64,000 nucleotides of DNA from Synergistales bacterium (GTDB lineage Bacteria > Synergistota > Synergistia > Synergistales > JAFGMB01), in NCBI GenBank assembly GCA_963666205.1, contig OY762654.1, forward strand, positions 1,568,001 to 1,632,000, written 5' to 3'. This document shows, in pieces, positions 18,270-27,589 of this stretch (position 1 is the first letter of the stretch; each line of letters opens with the position of its first letter). The notes beneath the pieces are model-generated. The model saw only the letters and a program-made list of their open reading frames with translations. It did not search any database and was not told the DNA's origin. The position numbers were made by a program, and so were the translations under genes.

Positions 18270-19787
18270 TCATGCATCTTCTTCTACTGATTCTTCCATT
18301 CGGGAAGATAATGATCCCTTTTTCCTCTTATGTTTCTGCCATAATGGGAACAGGATCACTAAAACAGTCAACAATATAAGCACCACAGATATGGGTCGGT
18401 GAAGGAATACAGCCATACCCTCATCTGTTATTTCCAGGGTGCTTCTAAGATTTGTTTCAACCATGGGACCCAGGATAAGACCCAGAATTATGGGTGGCGG
18501 CTTAATCCCAAACTGCTTTAACAGGAAGCCGACACCTCCAAAGATCACCATTATTCCAACATCAAAATAACTGTTCTGGAGGGCGTATGCCCCCACAACA
18601 CATAAAAGAGTAATGATAGGAAGCATAATCGTTTTCCTGATGGAAATAATGTAGGGAGCTGCCCCTGCCATCAGCAGACCTACAAACAACATTGCAAACT
18701 GGGCCAGCATTAGCCCGATGAACATGGTATAGACAAGGACCGTTTCATTAACAAAAAGCATGGGACCTGGCCTTAAATTGTGGATAAGCAAAGCTCCAAG
18801 GAGAATTGCCGCAGGAGAACTGCCTGGAATTCCAAGGGTGAGAAGAGGAACAAGTGAACCTCCTACAGCTGCATTATTTGCAGACTCTGCAGCTATAAGC
18901 CCATCAGGAATTCCAGTGCCGAAGCGTTCCGGTTCTTTCGAAGTCTGCATTGCCTGGTTATAGCTTATGATGGATGCAATGGTCCCTCCTGCTCCAGGAA
19001 GAACTCCAACTATTGTGCCGATAATACTTGACGGGATAAACCTGGAGAAAAGGAGTTTCATGTCGTCCTTGCCCGGAATAACACTTCCCACCTTCTGGAT
19101 GGCGGAAGTTACCAGATCAAGTTCCAGGCATTGGGTCAGGATCTCCGTCAGGCCGAACATCCCTATTACTATGGGGACATAGCTTATCCCGGACATAAGA
19201 TCAATCTGTCCGAAAGTAAAGCGGGGCATATTTGTAAAGGGATCAAATCCCACTGTAGCAAGAAGGAGCCCTATGGTTACTCCTATAAAACCTCTTATAT
19301 AGGACTTACTGGAAACGGCTACGATAGCACTTAATCCGAAAAGGGCCAGCATGGTATATTCTGCAGGTCCGAACTTCAGTGCAAAGTTAGCGAGCCATGG
19401 AGCAATGACGATCAGGCATACAACACCGAATATTCCTCCCAGGGTGGAAGCAAAGCTCGAAAGACCTATTGCCCTGCCTGCTTCTCCTCTTTGTGCCATG
19501 GGATAACCGTCAAGTGCAGTCATTACTGCCGGCGGAGCTCCGGGAATGTTAAGCAGTATCGCGGAAAATGAACCTCCATATATTGCCCCTACGTACATAC
19601 CCAGAAGCATTAATATGCCATGGGCAGGATCCATGTAAAAAGTTATAGGCAGCATGACCGCCAGTCCCATTGTGGCAGAAAGCCCGGGAAGAGCACCCAC
19701 AACTATCCCGAGAGCCGTCCCTCCAAAAATGAAAAGGAGCATAAGGGGACTGAATACTGTCTGCATGGCAGAGAAAAAATAATCCAT
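18270..19787 (-). CDS. tctA: Tripartite tricarboxylate transporter large permease
   Basis: GALPGL.ATM, YGGS..AILLNIPG, DGYPMA, ESANNA, LTLGIPG. Confidence 0.93.
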   Translation of the reverse strand: MDYFFSAMQTVFSPLMLLFIFGGTALGIVVGALPGLSATMGLAVMLPITFYMDPAHGILMLLGMYVGAIYGGSFSAILLNIPGAPPAVMTALDGYPMAQRGEAGRAIGLSSFASTLGGIFGVVCLIVIAPWLANFALKFGPAEYTMLALFGLSAIVAVSSKSYIRGFIGVTIGLLLATVGFDPFTNMPRFTFGQIDLMSGISYVPIVIGMFGLTEILTQCLELDLVTSAIQKVGSVIPGKDDMKLLFSRFIPSSIIGTIVGVLPGAGGTIASIISYNQAMQTSKEPERFGTGIPDGLIAAESANNAAVGGSLVPLLTLGIPGSSPAAILLGALLIHNLRPGPMLFVNETVLVYTMFIGLMLAQFAMLFVGLLMAGAAPYIISIRKTIMLPIITLLCVVGAYALQNSYFDVGIMVIFGGVGFLLKQFGIKPPPIILGLILGPMVETNLRSTLEITDEGMAVFLHRPISVVLILLTVLVILFPLWQKHKRKKGSLSSRMEESVEEDA

Positions 19788-19840
19788 AAAAGTTCTCCTC
19801 CTAAATACCGGTAATACGATGTTGTATCGACATCATGCTG

Positions 19841-20335
19841 CTAATTCATCCATAATGGCAATGGAAGTGGGACTCGAAAAAGAAGCGCGAATATGGCATA
19901 CATGACAAGAGAGACTGTTATCGCATTAAGAGCTAAGAACCAGACCTTCCTCTCCCCCAGAAAATACTGAACGATGGAAATGAAAATAATTGCTCCAGGG
20001 ATAAAACCGGTAAATCTCATTCCCCATGCAAAAACGATCACAGTGACAAGAATGGAGATCATACGATAGGTACCGCTGCAGTGAAATTTAAAACAGAATA
20101 TTGGAGATTCTTCCTTTTTCAAACCATGCCATACCAGAAGACTGCTTAAAAAAAGCAGAAGAGCCCCCAGAGAATAGGGGAAAAAGGTTGGAGAAATTCC
20201 CCTGTATCCCGCATCCTCATTCGGGAAATGCCATACCATCCAGAGTATCCAGATACTGAAAATGACCAGTATCGAGCCAATGAATGTAGCTCCATTTCTT
20301 AATAAACTGATCTTGAACTTCCTCGAGGTATTCAT
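19841..20335 (-). CDS. tctB: Tripartite tricarboxylate transporter small subunit
   Basis: 4-5 TM segments, P.FFP motif, C-terminal F...F.VPLP, position before tctA. Confidence 0.85.
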   Translation of the reverse strand: MNTSRKFKISLLRNGATFIGSILVIFSIWILWMVWHFPNEDAGYRGISPTFFPYSLGALLLFLSSLLVWHGLKKEESPIFCFKFHCSGTYRMISILVTVIVFAWGMRFTGFIPGAIIFISIVQYFLGERKVWFLALNAITVSLVMYAIFALLFRVPLPLPLWMN

Positions 20336-20344
20336 TATTATCGC

Positions 20345-20761
20345 CTAAGATAGATCTGCCCTGACATCCTCTTCTGGCACACCCTTTTCAGGTTCTTTAC
20401 GTTTCTGATCACAAAGCTGCAATCTCCATCCATCGGGATCTCGGAAACGAACATTACCTCTTCCTGTATGCCGATTCCGATAAGGCTCAGTATCGAATTT
20501 AATCCCTTTACTGACAAGTTCTTCATATGTAACTACTACATCATCAGCCCTGAATGCTATATGGTTCACACCTATGTTTTCTTCATCTATGACTGTATGT
20601 ATCTCAAAGACCGGCTGATTTTCTCCAGGTAGCTGAAGTTCTGCAGAACCTCCATGATGATCGGTCCACTTGATCAGCTTAAAACCGAGTTTCTGGAAAA
20701 ATTCAACGTGAACATTTACATCCTTAACGATGAGCTCAATATGATCTAACTGCGTTATCAT
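20345..20761 (-). CDS. VOC (glyoxalase/epimerase) family protein
   Basis: LDHIELIV.D, NHIAF, FRDPDG.RLQL. SD GGGGAGG. Confidence 0.88.
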   Translation of the reverse strand: MITQLDHIELIVKDVNVHVEFFQKLGFKLIKWTDHHGGSAELQLPGENQPVFEIHTVIDEENIGVNHIAFRADDVVVTYEELVSKGIKFDTEPYRNRHTGRGNVRFRDPDGWRLQLCDQKRKEPEKGVPEEDVRADLS

Positions 20762-20850
20762 CAATATTTCCTCCCCTGATTCCTTTGAATAATTTTCGGA
20801 TCTTCTGAAACATGAACTTACTGTTATTGAAAATATAATCAATCAGATGT

Positions 20851-20889
20851 ATGATATGTTATCAAATGTATTATGTCAAATGTCACATG
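20851..20889 (-). promoter_or_regulatory. Sigma70 promoter of VOC-tctBAC with a putative GntR operator
   Basis: TTGACA (20879-20874), 17 nt, TATCAT (20856-20851). Overlapped by the shared 24-bp element. Confidence 0.8.
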
Positions 20890-21006
20890 CCGGAATGGGC
20901 CCGTTTTTGGTAAAATATACTACCGGTGAGTAGTTATGGTATTATTCTGATTTGTTACATGTTTTTTCTTAAACGTTAAAAGATTAAAGAAAAGGATTTG
21001 GGAGAA

Positions 21007-21687
21007 ATGGCTGCTAAGAAAATATTTCATTCGTTAGGTGACCAGATCTTTGAAACTCTCAAAGAAATGATCGTGAACAATGATGTCGAACCGGGAGAGA
21101 TGCTTCAGATAGAGAGACTTGCTTCCGAGTTTGGAGTCAGTACTACTCCAATTCGTGAGGCTCTCACAAGACTCCAGTCTCTGGGTCTGGTTAAACAGGT
21201 TCGCAACAAAGGCGCCATAGTAACCCCTATAAGCGATAAAATGGCTCATGATGCATGGGAATTCAGAAGGGTTCTTGAAATATATGTTGTGGGATCTGCA
21301 GTAAATAAATGCACTCCCGAAGAACTTGAAAAAATGAGGGACCTTCTGAATAAGGTTCTTGAGGATACATCTGATTTTGATCTTTACAAAAAATCTGATC
21401 GTGAAATGCATAAACTTCTGCATAAATACTGCGATAATGAACTTATCAACAATTCCTTCGAACAGGTAAGCGATCTTGCACAGAGGGTTCGTTATTTCGC
21501 AGAGAGTTCTCCATGGAGAGACGAAGTTATCATTTCAGTGACCAATGAACATCTCCTGATTGTCGAATCCATGGTAAAACGAGATATTGAGATGACCCGG
21601 AAACATCTTCTTCAGCACCTTGTGAACGCTGAAAGAAGAACAATGAGAGCACTGGAAAGACTTCAGCAGGTCGAGGCAGAAGTCTGA
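21007..21687 (+). CDS. GntR (FCD) family transcriptional regulator
   Basis: LASEFGVSTTPIREAL HTH. FCD-type D..MH...N...EH..I residues. Divergent from the cluster. Confidence 0.92.
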   Translation: MAAKKIFHSLGDQIFETLKEMIVNNDVEPGEMLQIERLASEFGVSTTPIREALTRLQSLGLVKQVRNKGAIVTPISDKMAHDAWEFRRVLEIYVVGSAVNKCTPEELEKMRDLLNKVLEDTSDFDLYKKSDREMHKLLHKYCDNELINNSFEQVSDLAQRVRYFAESSPWRDEVIISVTNEHLLIVESMVKRDIEMTRKHLLQHLVNAERRTMRALERLQQVEAEV

Positions 21688-21745
21688 TCCTGGAGAATAC
21701 TTAAAAGGGTCACATTGATACATCACTATACAAAGGATTAAAAAC

Positions 21746-21781
21746 AGGAAGGGACTTTCCCGATCGGGAAAGTCCCTTCCT
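21746..21781. terminator. Perfect 36-bp palindrome between convergent gntR and livF
   Basis: AGGAAGGGACTTTCCCGA|TCGGGAAAGTCCCTTCCT, with A/T-rich flanks. Confidence 0.75.
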
Positions 21782-21888
21782 TATATAGTATAAAGAATAT
21801 CCGACTTATCTGCTTAAAACTGGAAAAGATCATGGCAGGCAGACGCGGTATTAATGCCATATATTTTTTTATACCCGGAATCAACAGG

Positions 21889-22605
21889 TCAGGAGATTGT
21901 TTTTCCCAGGTAGGCTTCCTGGACAACGCTGCTCCGCAAAAGCTCTTCGGCACTTCCCTGGAGGACTACATTTCCTCTTTCAAGGACATATCCCCTATGA
22001 GAAACAGATAATGCTATCTCTGCGTTCTGTTCCACGAGAAGGATGGAAATTCCCTGACTGTTTATCCTGACTATGTTATCAAATACTTCATCCACGATCA
22101 CCGGAGCAAGACCCATGGATGGTTCATCAAGGAGCAACAGGTCGGGACGGCTCATAAGCCCCCTGGCCATGACAAGCATCTGCTGCTCTCCCCCGGACAA
22201 TGTTCCGGCTATCTGTTTTATCCTTTCTTTCAAACGGGGGAACAGGGAAAAAGCCTTCTCCATATCCTCTTCAATTTCAGACCCGTTTTTTCTTGTATAT
22301 GCTCCCATTACAAGATTTTCCCTGACAGTAAGATCCGAAAATACATGTCTTCCTTCAGGGACATGGCCAATACCTGATTCAACTATTTTATGCGCCGGGA
22401 CGGAGGAGATCTCTTTGTTTTTGAAGATAACACTTCCGGAATGAATGGGAATAATATTCGAGATGGCAGACAATGTACTGGTTTTTCCGGCACCATTTGC
22501 TCCCAGAAGGGCAACTATCTCTCCGGCCTCAATGTTAAAAGAGATCCCCTGGACTGCATGGATCACGCCATAATACACATTAAGATCTTTAACTGTGAAT
22601 AACAT
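21889..22605 (-). CDS. livF: Branched-chain amino acid ABC transporter ATPase
   Basis: GANGAGKT, VPEGR.VF, LSGGEQQM, DEPSMGLAP, VEQNA. Confidence 0.93.
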   Translation of the reverse strand: MLFTVKDLNVYYGVIHAVQGISFNIEAGEIVALLGANGAGKTSTLSAISNIIPIHSGSVIFKNKEISSVPAHKIVESGIGHVPEGRHVFSDLTVRENLVMGAYTRKNGSEIEEDMEKAFSLFPRLKERIKQIAGTLSGGEQQMLVMARGLMSRPDLLLLDEPSMGLAPVIVDEVFDNIVRINSQGISILLVEQNAEIALSVSHRGYVLERGNVVLQGSAEELLRSSVVQEAYLGKTIS

Positions 22606-23374
22606 GACTTGATCTCCGTTTTCCTAAATATGCCTCAATCACATGGGGATCCTTCTGAACGTGATCAGGAGAACCCCTTGAAATTATCTTTCCGAAATTC
22701 ATTACTGCAATTCTTTCGCTCAAATTCATTACCAGACCCATCTGGTGTTCGATCAATAATATACCGAGAGAAAAATGCTCCCTGGAAAAGCGGATCAATT
22801 CAACAAGAGAATGAATTTCCCCGAGGGTCATCCCTGCAGCAGGTTCATCCAGAAGGAGTATTTTGGGCGTGATGGCGAGAGCACGCGCAATTTCGAGCCT
22901 TCGCTGCTGTCCATAGGGAAGGTTCCCCGCCAGTTCATCTGCCCGCCCTTCCAGACCGAACAGTTCAAGCATATGAAAGACCTTTTCACGAATAAGCTTT
23001 TCACCTTTTTTGAAGCTGCTATTTCGAATAACAGCTTCGAAAGAGCTGTATCCTGCCAACCGGTGGAAAGCTATCTCAAGATTTCGAAATACTGTCAGAT
23101 CCTTAAAGAGCCTGATATTCTGGAAGGTCCTTGCTATGCCCTTTTCTGCTATCCGGCTTGTTTTCTGCCCGATAAGGTTTTCGCCATCGAGCACAACACT
23201 TCCTTTAGAGGGGGGGTAGATCCCCGTAATGATATTAAAAACAGTTGTTTTTCCAGCTCCATTGGGACCGATCAATGCAACGATCTCTCCTGAATCAACG
23301 TCCAGGGAGAAATCGCTTACTGCAGTCAGACCTCCAAACTGTATGCTTATATCGCTGATCTTCAATAAACTCAA
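22589..23374 (-). CDS. livG: Branched-chain amino acid ABC transporter ATPase
   Basis: GPNGAGKTT, ARTFQNIRLF, LPYGQQRRLEIARA, DEPAAG, VIEAYLG. Confidence 0.93.
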   Translation of the reverse strand: MSLLKISDISIQFGGLTAVSDFSLDVDSGEIVALIGPNGAGKTTVFNIITGIYPPSKGSVVLDGENLIGQKTSRIAEKGIARTFQNIRLFKDLTVFRNLEIAFHRLAGYSSFEAVIRNSSFKKGEKLIREKVFHMLELFGLEGRADELAGNLPYGQQRRLEIARALAITPKILLLDEPAAGMTLGEIHSLVELIRFSREHFSLGILLIEHQMGLVMNLSERIAVMNFGKIISRGSPDHVQKDPHVIEAYLGKRRSSHVIHS

Positions 23375-23375
23375 T

Positions 23376-24353
23376 TTACTCCCCTCCCGTTCTGGTGCAC
23401 CACAGGAAAAAGCGTCTTTGTAAATACTTCAAGGGGTCCCTGCTTATGAAGATGATCAATAAAAGAGGATACAGGATCAGTCGAAGATCCTGGGAAAACC
23501 TTAATAATTCAGGAAGGACGGTAAGACCTATTCCTGCAATTACAGATCCGACGATACTTCCCATACCTCCTACGACGACCATAAGAAGGATCTCTATTGA
23601 CTTTATAAAGGTATATTGGGTTGGATGGGCCAGCTGGATCAGGTGTACAAGCATCCCTCCAGCCAGTGCAGCAAAAAAACAGCCGATAACAAGGGCATGG
23701 AGCTTGACTTTCAAGCTGTCAATACCCAGCGATTCTGCTGCAATTTCATCTCCAAGGATGGCTTCACAGTTCCGCCCCCTTGAAGAATGTATATATCTGC
23801 TTATGAAAACAACACTTATCCATGCGAGGAAGATCAGACTCCAGAGGTTACTGAGTTTTGGTATTCCATAAAAACCCCTTGGACCTCCCAGAAAATCCAG
23901 ATTATTCAAAGCCACTACTACTATCTGATTGAAACCCAGGGTCGCAATACAAAGGTAATCACCCGTGAGACGCAGGATTATCAAACCCAAAAAAAAGGCA
24001 ATCACTGCAGCGGCAAGGGCTCCGATCATAAGACTCAGAAGAAACAGAACAGTGCCTGAAAAAAAACCGGCTCCAGGTTTAAGGTGGAATACAGCTTTGG
24101 TCAAAAAGGCAGAAATATAGGCACCTACTGCCATAAAACCTGCATGCCCAAGAGAAAACTGCCCGGTTATGCCCGTTATCAGGTTCAGACTGAGGGTAAG
24201 GATCACATTACATAAACCCACCATTAAAACGAACATGATATATGGCGAAACCACCTGGAATCTGTCCAGGAAGATAAGGATGAGGGTCAGGATAAATGCA
24301 GTCACTGGCCATTTATATTTTACAAGAGATTGATAATTGAGGACTGATCCCAT
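23376..24353 (-). CDS. livM: Branched-chain amino acid ABC transporter permease
   Basis: GQFSLGHAGF, LRL.GDYL.IATLGF, GGMGS. Confidence 0.92.
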   Translation of the reverse strand: MGSVLNYQSLVKYKWPVTAFILTLILIFLDRFQVVSPYIMFVLMVGLCNVILTLSLNLITGITGQFSLGHAGFMAVGAYISAFLTKAVFHLKPGAGFFSGTVLFLLSLMIGALAAAVIAFFLGLIILRLTGDYLCIATLGFNQIVVVALNNLDFLGGPRGFYGIPKLSNLWSLIFLAWISVVFISRYIHSSRGRNCEAILGDEIAAESLGIDSLKVKLHALVIGCFFAALAGGMLVHLIQLAHPTQYTFIKSIEILLMVVVGGMGSIVGSVIAGIGLTVLPELLRFSQDLRLILYPLLLIIFISRDPLKYLQRRFFLWCTRTGGE

Positions 24354-24355
24354 CT

Positions 24356-25252
24356 CTACACCTTCTCCCTGGTACTTTTACCGAAGAGTCCAAAAGGTCT
24401 TATCAGCAATACAACGAGCAGCAGAAGGAAAAAAACCCCTTCGGCCATCTGTGAATTAACAGCCGTAGCAGCGGTTTCTATGATTCCCATAAGCATTCCC
24501 CCCACCATGGCTCCGGGAATACTTCCAATTCCTCCAAAAACAGCAGCAATAAATGCCTTTAATCCGGGCATTATCCCCATATAGGGACTTAAGCGAGGAT
24601 AAGTTATTGCGGTGAGTACCCCCGCGGCACCTGCCAGGGCTCCTCCGAGGGCAAATGTGGCCGAGATGACCCTCTCTACATTTACACCCATAAGCTTTGC
24701 CCCTTTAGGATCAAGAGAGACCGCCCGCATGGCAATACCAAGTTTTGTTTTCTTGATAATGAACCAAAGCATAAGCATCAGGCTTATTGCCATTACCAGG
24801 TTTATTATCTGAATGTTTGTAATAATAATGTTTTCGGTTAATGAAAAATTTTTGACATTTATTACATCTGGAAAACGTCTGAAACTCGGCCCAATGAATG
24901 GAAGGGCCCTGCAGCCATTCTCCAGGAGTAAAGAAACACCCATTGCGGTGATCAATGCCTTTAACCTGGGCTGGGACCTAAGGGGTTTATATGCAACTTT
25001 ATCCATGATAATAGCTCCCAGTGCACCAACCGCCATGGATGCCACAAAAGCAACGGGCAAAGGAACATGCAGGTTAACCAGAAAATATGCTACATATGCG
25101 GCGATCATCAGAAGATCACCATGAGCAAAATTTATAAGTTTCAGAATTCCATAGACCATTGTGTATCCCAATGCCATGAGGGCATAAATGGCGCCAAGCT
25201 GTATACCATTGATAAGCTGAATAATAACTAATTCCATATGACAAAGCACCAT
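24356..25252 (-). CDS. livH: Branched-chain amino acid ABC transporter permease
   Basis: ALGYTMVYG...LINFAHG, GLKAF.AAV.GGIG. Confidence 0.92.
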   Translation of the reverse strand: MVLCHMELVIIQLINGIQLGAIYALMALGYTMVYGILKLINFAHGDLLMIAAYVAYFLVNLHVPLPVAFVASMAVGALGAIIMDKVAYKPLRSQPRLKALITAMGVSLLLENGCRALPFIGPSFRRFPDVINVKNFSLTENIIITNIQIINLVMAISLMLMLWFIIKKTKLGIAMRAVSLDPKGAKLMGVNVERVISATFALGGALAGAAGVLTAITYPRLSPYMGIMPGLKAFIAAVFGGIGSIPGAMVGGMLMGIIETAATAVNSQMAEGVFFLLLLVVLLIRPFGLFGKSTREKV

Positions 25253-25261
25253 CCTTAAAAC

Positions 25262-25307
25262 CAGGGATCCTGTTCAGGATTCATAGATCACATCAACAGG
25301 ATCCCTG
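25262..25307 (-). other. Intercistronic stem-loop between livK and livH
   Basis: CAGGGATCCTGTT...AACAGGATCCCTG, a 13-bp stem. Such hairpins are common after binding-protein genes. Confidence 0.6.
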
Positions 25308-25365
25308 AACTATTTAATAACTCTTTTCTGACACCAGGAACGATGCAGGAAGAGATGTCAGAATG

Positions 25366-26499
25366 TTACTGGATGGGCTGATAACTCTTCATATAATCGA
25401 TCCGCCCGTCTTTGATAACGAGAATAGCAGCCGGGAGGGTCATGGGATCTCCGTTTTCATCAAGGGTAATATCACCCTGGGCAGCCTTCAATCCATTCGT
25501 TTTTGCGATGGCATCTGCAACTGCTCCTCTATCTTCTTTACCTGCGGAACGGATACCGTCAATAACCATTAGTGCGGCATCATACCCCATGATGGCTAAC
25601 AGATCGGGTTCTGAATTATATTTCTTTTTATACTCTTCGATAAAGAACCTTGTTTCAGTACGGGGATCCTCTTTTGAAAAATGACTGCAGTAATATGCTC
25701 CTTCCAATGAAACCAGATCAAGCTCTGGCGAATCCCAACCGTCAGAACCTACAAAAACAGCCTCAATACCGATATCTTTTGCCTGTCTGGCAATAAGGTT
25801 GGCATCATTGTAGAAATCCGAGAAAAAGAAAACATCAGGTTTTTTAGATTTGATAATACTTAACTGGGCCCTGAAGTCTACTGCCTGGGATGGATGGGTC
25901 TGAACCGTAACTACCTTTCCTCCCTCAGCTTCAAAAGTCCTTATAAAGACTTCGGCAACACTCTTGGCATAATCATTTCCAAGGTCATAAAGAACTGCGG
26001 CTGTTTTAGCAGATAATTCGTTTACACAGAATCTTCCCATTACCACTCCCTGAAAATCATCGGTCCAACAGCTTCTTGATACAAAATGCTTTTCAGGAGT
26101 GATGGCCGGATTCGTTCCTGTTACAACTGTGGGCACCCCGGCATCCTCCACTATGGAAGATACTGCCATACCGATAGTACTGGGAATTGGGCCGACAATT
26201 GCCAGCACATTGTCCTGCCCGATCAGTTTAAGGGCGGCACCTGCCCCGATAACAGGATCTCCCTGATCATCCTCATTCAGAAGCCTGATCTGCTTCCCCA
26301 GAACTCCACCATTCATATTTGCCTGTTCAACAGCCAGTTCAACACCATTTCTATGACTTTCTCCATAAGTCGATAAAGGCCCGGTAAGACACGCAATATT
26401 ACCTATTTTGATAGCATCACTGGAAGCCCACGTGGCACCTGCAGCAAAAATGATCATAAGGCTCACCGCAAAGAACATAAAAACTCTCTTACCCTTCAT
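25366..26499 (-). CDS. livK: Branched-chain amino acid ABC transporter substrate-binding protein
   Basis: Signal peptide, IKIG....LTG, GGVLGK, D..QG, GSDGWD, GYDA. Confidence 0.9.
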   Translation of the reverse strand: MKGKRVFMFFAVSLMIIFAAGATWASSDAIKIGNIACLTGPLSTYGESHRNGVELAVEQANMNGGVLGKQIRLLNEDDQGDPVIGAGAALKLIGQDNVLAIVGPIPSTIGMAVSSIVEDAGVPTVVTGTNPAITPEKHFVSRSCWTDDFQGVVMGRFCVNELSAKTAAVLYDLGNDYAKSVAEVFIRTFEAEGGKVVTVQTHPSQAVDFRAQLSIIKSKKPDVFFFSDFYNDANLIARQAKDIGIEAVFVGSDGWDSPELDLVSLEGAYYCSHFSKEDPRTETRFFIEEYKKKYNSEPDLLAIMGYDAALMVIDGIRSAGKEDRGAVADAIAKTNGLKAAQGDITLDENGDPMTLPAAILVIKDGRIDYMKSYQPIQ

Positions 26500-26628
26500 T
26501 CTGTTCACTCCCCTTATTCTGAGTCTAATTAAAGCTCCTTGAGTTCTTATTTCATGTAGAATTATTCATGTCCCTTTTCAGGAAGGCAAAAGGGAACTTG
26601 TTTTAGGATTATCTCGTCAGAAGAATTT

Positions 26629-27504
26629 TTAATATACCGGAGTTCCTTCCTTGTGGATCAGTATCTTGAAACATTCGATCAGGGAAGTGGTTATCGGTCC
26701 TGCAGTTGAATCGCCAATTTCTCTTCCATCAACCATTCTTACATGACATATCTCTGCTCCTGTTCCACAGACAAAGGCTTCGTCACATGTATACACATCC
26801 CCCAGGGTGATATCCTTTTCGCACGTGGGTATCTCCATTTCCCGAGCCATTTCAATTACTGTCTGACGGGTTATTCCATGGAGGATATTTGTTCTAAGGG
26901 GAGAATAGAGCACTCCATTTTTAACGATAAGAAAATTTTCTCCCGGTCCCTCTGCAACAAAACCCTGTACATCAAGAAGCAGAGCTTCATCGCAATCAGA
27001 AGCTGTGGCTTCCTGTTTTGCCATAATACCGTTAACATATGTGCCCACACATTTGGCACGGGAATCAAAACAGGCCGGGGGAAATTTCCTCACAGCAGAA
27101 GTTTTCATGGTTATCCCCGAATCTCCAAGGAAGGGCTTCCATGGATGAGCGAGGACTATAACAGTGGGATCATAGTCGGGATCAGGTCCGACTCCCAGAC
27201 CCATGCCACGGGTAATGATAGGCCTTATGTGGGCATCTCTGAGGCTGTTTTCACGAAGGGTATCTAAAACAATTTCTTTCAATTCATCTTTTGTCGATGG
27301 GATCTTTATCCCCAGGATCCTGGCTGAATCAAAAAGTCTGTCTATATGTTCATCCAGCTTGAAAACTTTTCCATCGTATTCTCTGATCCCCTCAAAAACG
27401 GCATCTCCATAGAGAAGACCTCTGTCAAAAGGTGAGATACCCGGCTCGTCAGCAGGAACAAATTTTCCGTTGATATAAACCTTTAACCCTGATAAATCGA
27501 TCAT
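26629..27504 (-). CDS. ilvE: Branched-chain amino acid aminotransferase (PLP fold IV)
   Basis: YGD.VFEGIR, H..RL..SA, catalytic K in RAK, EG.GEN, L.GITR, GTGAE. SD GGGAGG. Confidence 0.9.
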   Translation of the reverse strand: MIDLSGLKVYINGKFVPADEPGISPFDRGLLYGDAVFEGIREYDGKVFKLDEHIDRLFDSARILGIKIPSTKDELKEIVLDTLRENSLRDAHIRPIITRGMGLGVGPDPDYDPTVIVLAHPWKPFLGDSGITMKTSAVRKFPPACFDSRAKCVGTYVNGIMAKQEATASDCDEALLLDVQGFVAEGPGENFLIVKNGVLYSPLRTNILHGITRQTVIEMAREMEIPTCEKDITLGDVYTCDEAFVCGTGAEICHVRMVDGREIGDSTAGPITTSLIECFKILIHKEGTPVY

Positions 27505-27589
27505 TCTTGCATTCCTCCCTGTCTTTAGAACTGTGGATCCATTAAAAACTATCATCCTGATAATGTTCTATGCACATTGCATTACAGGT

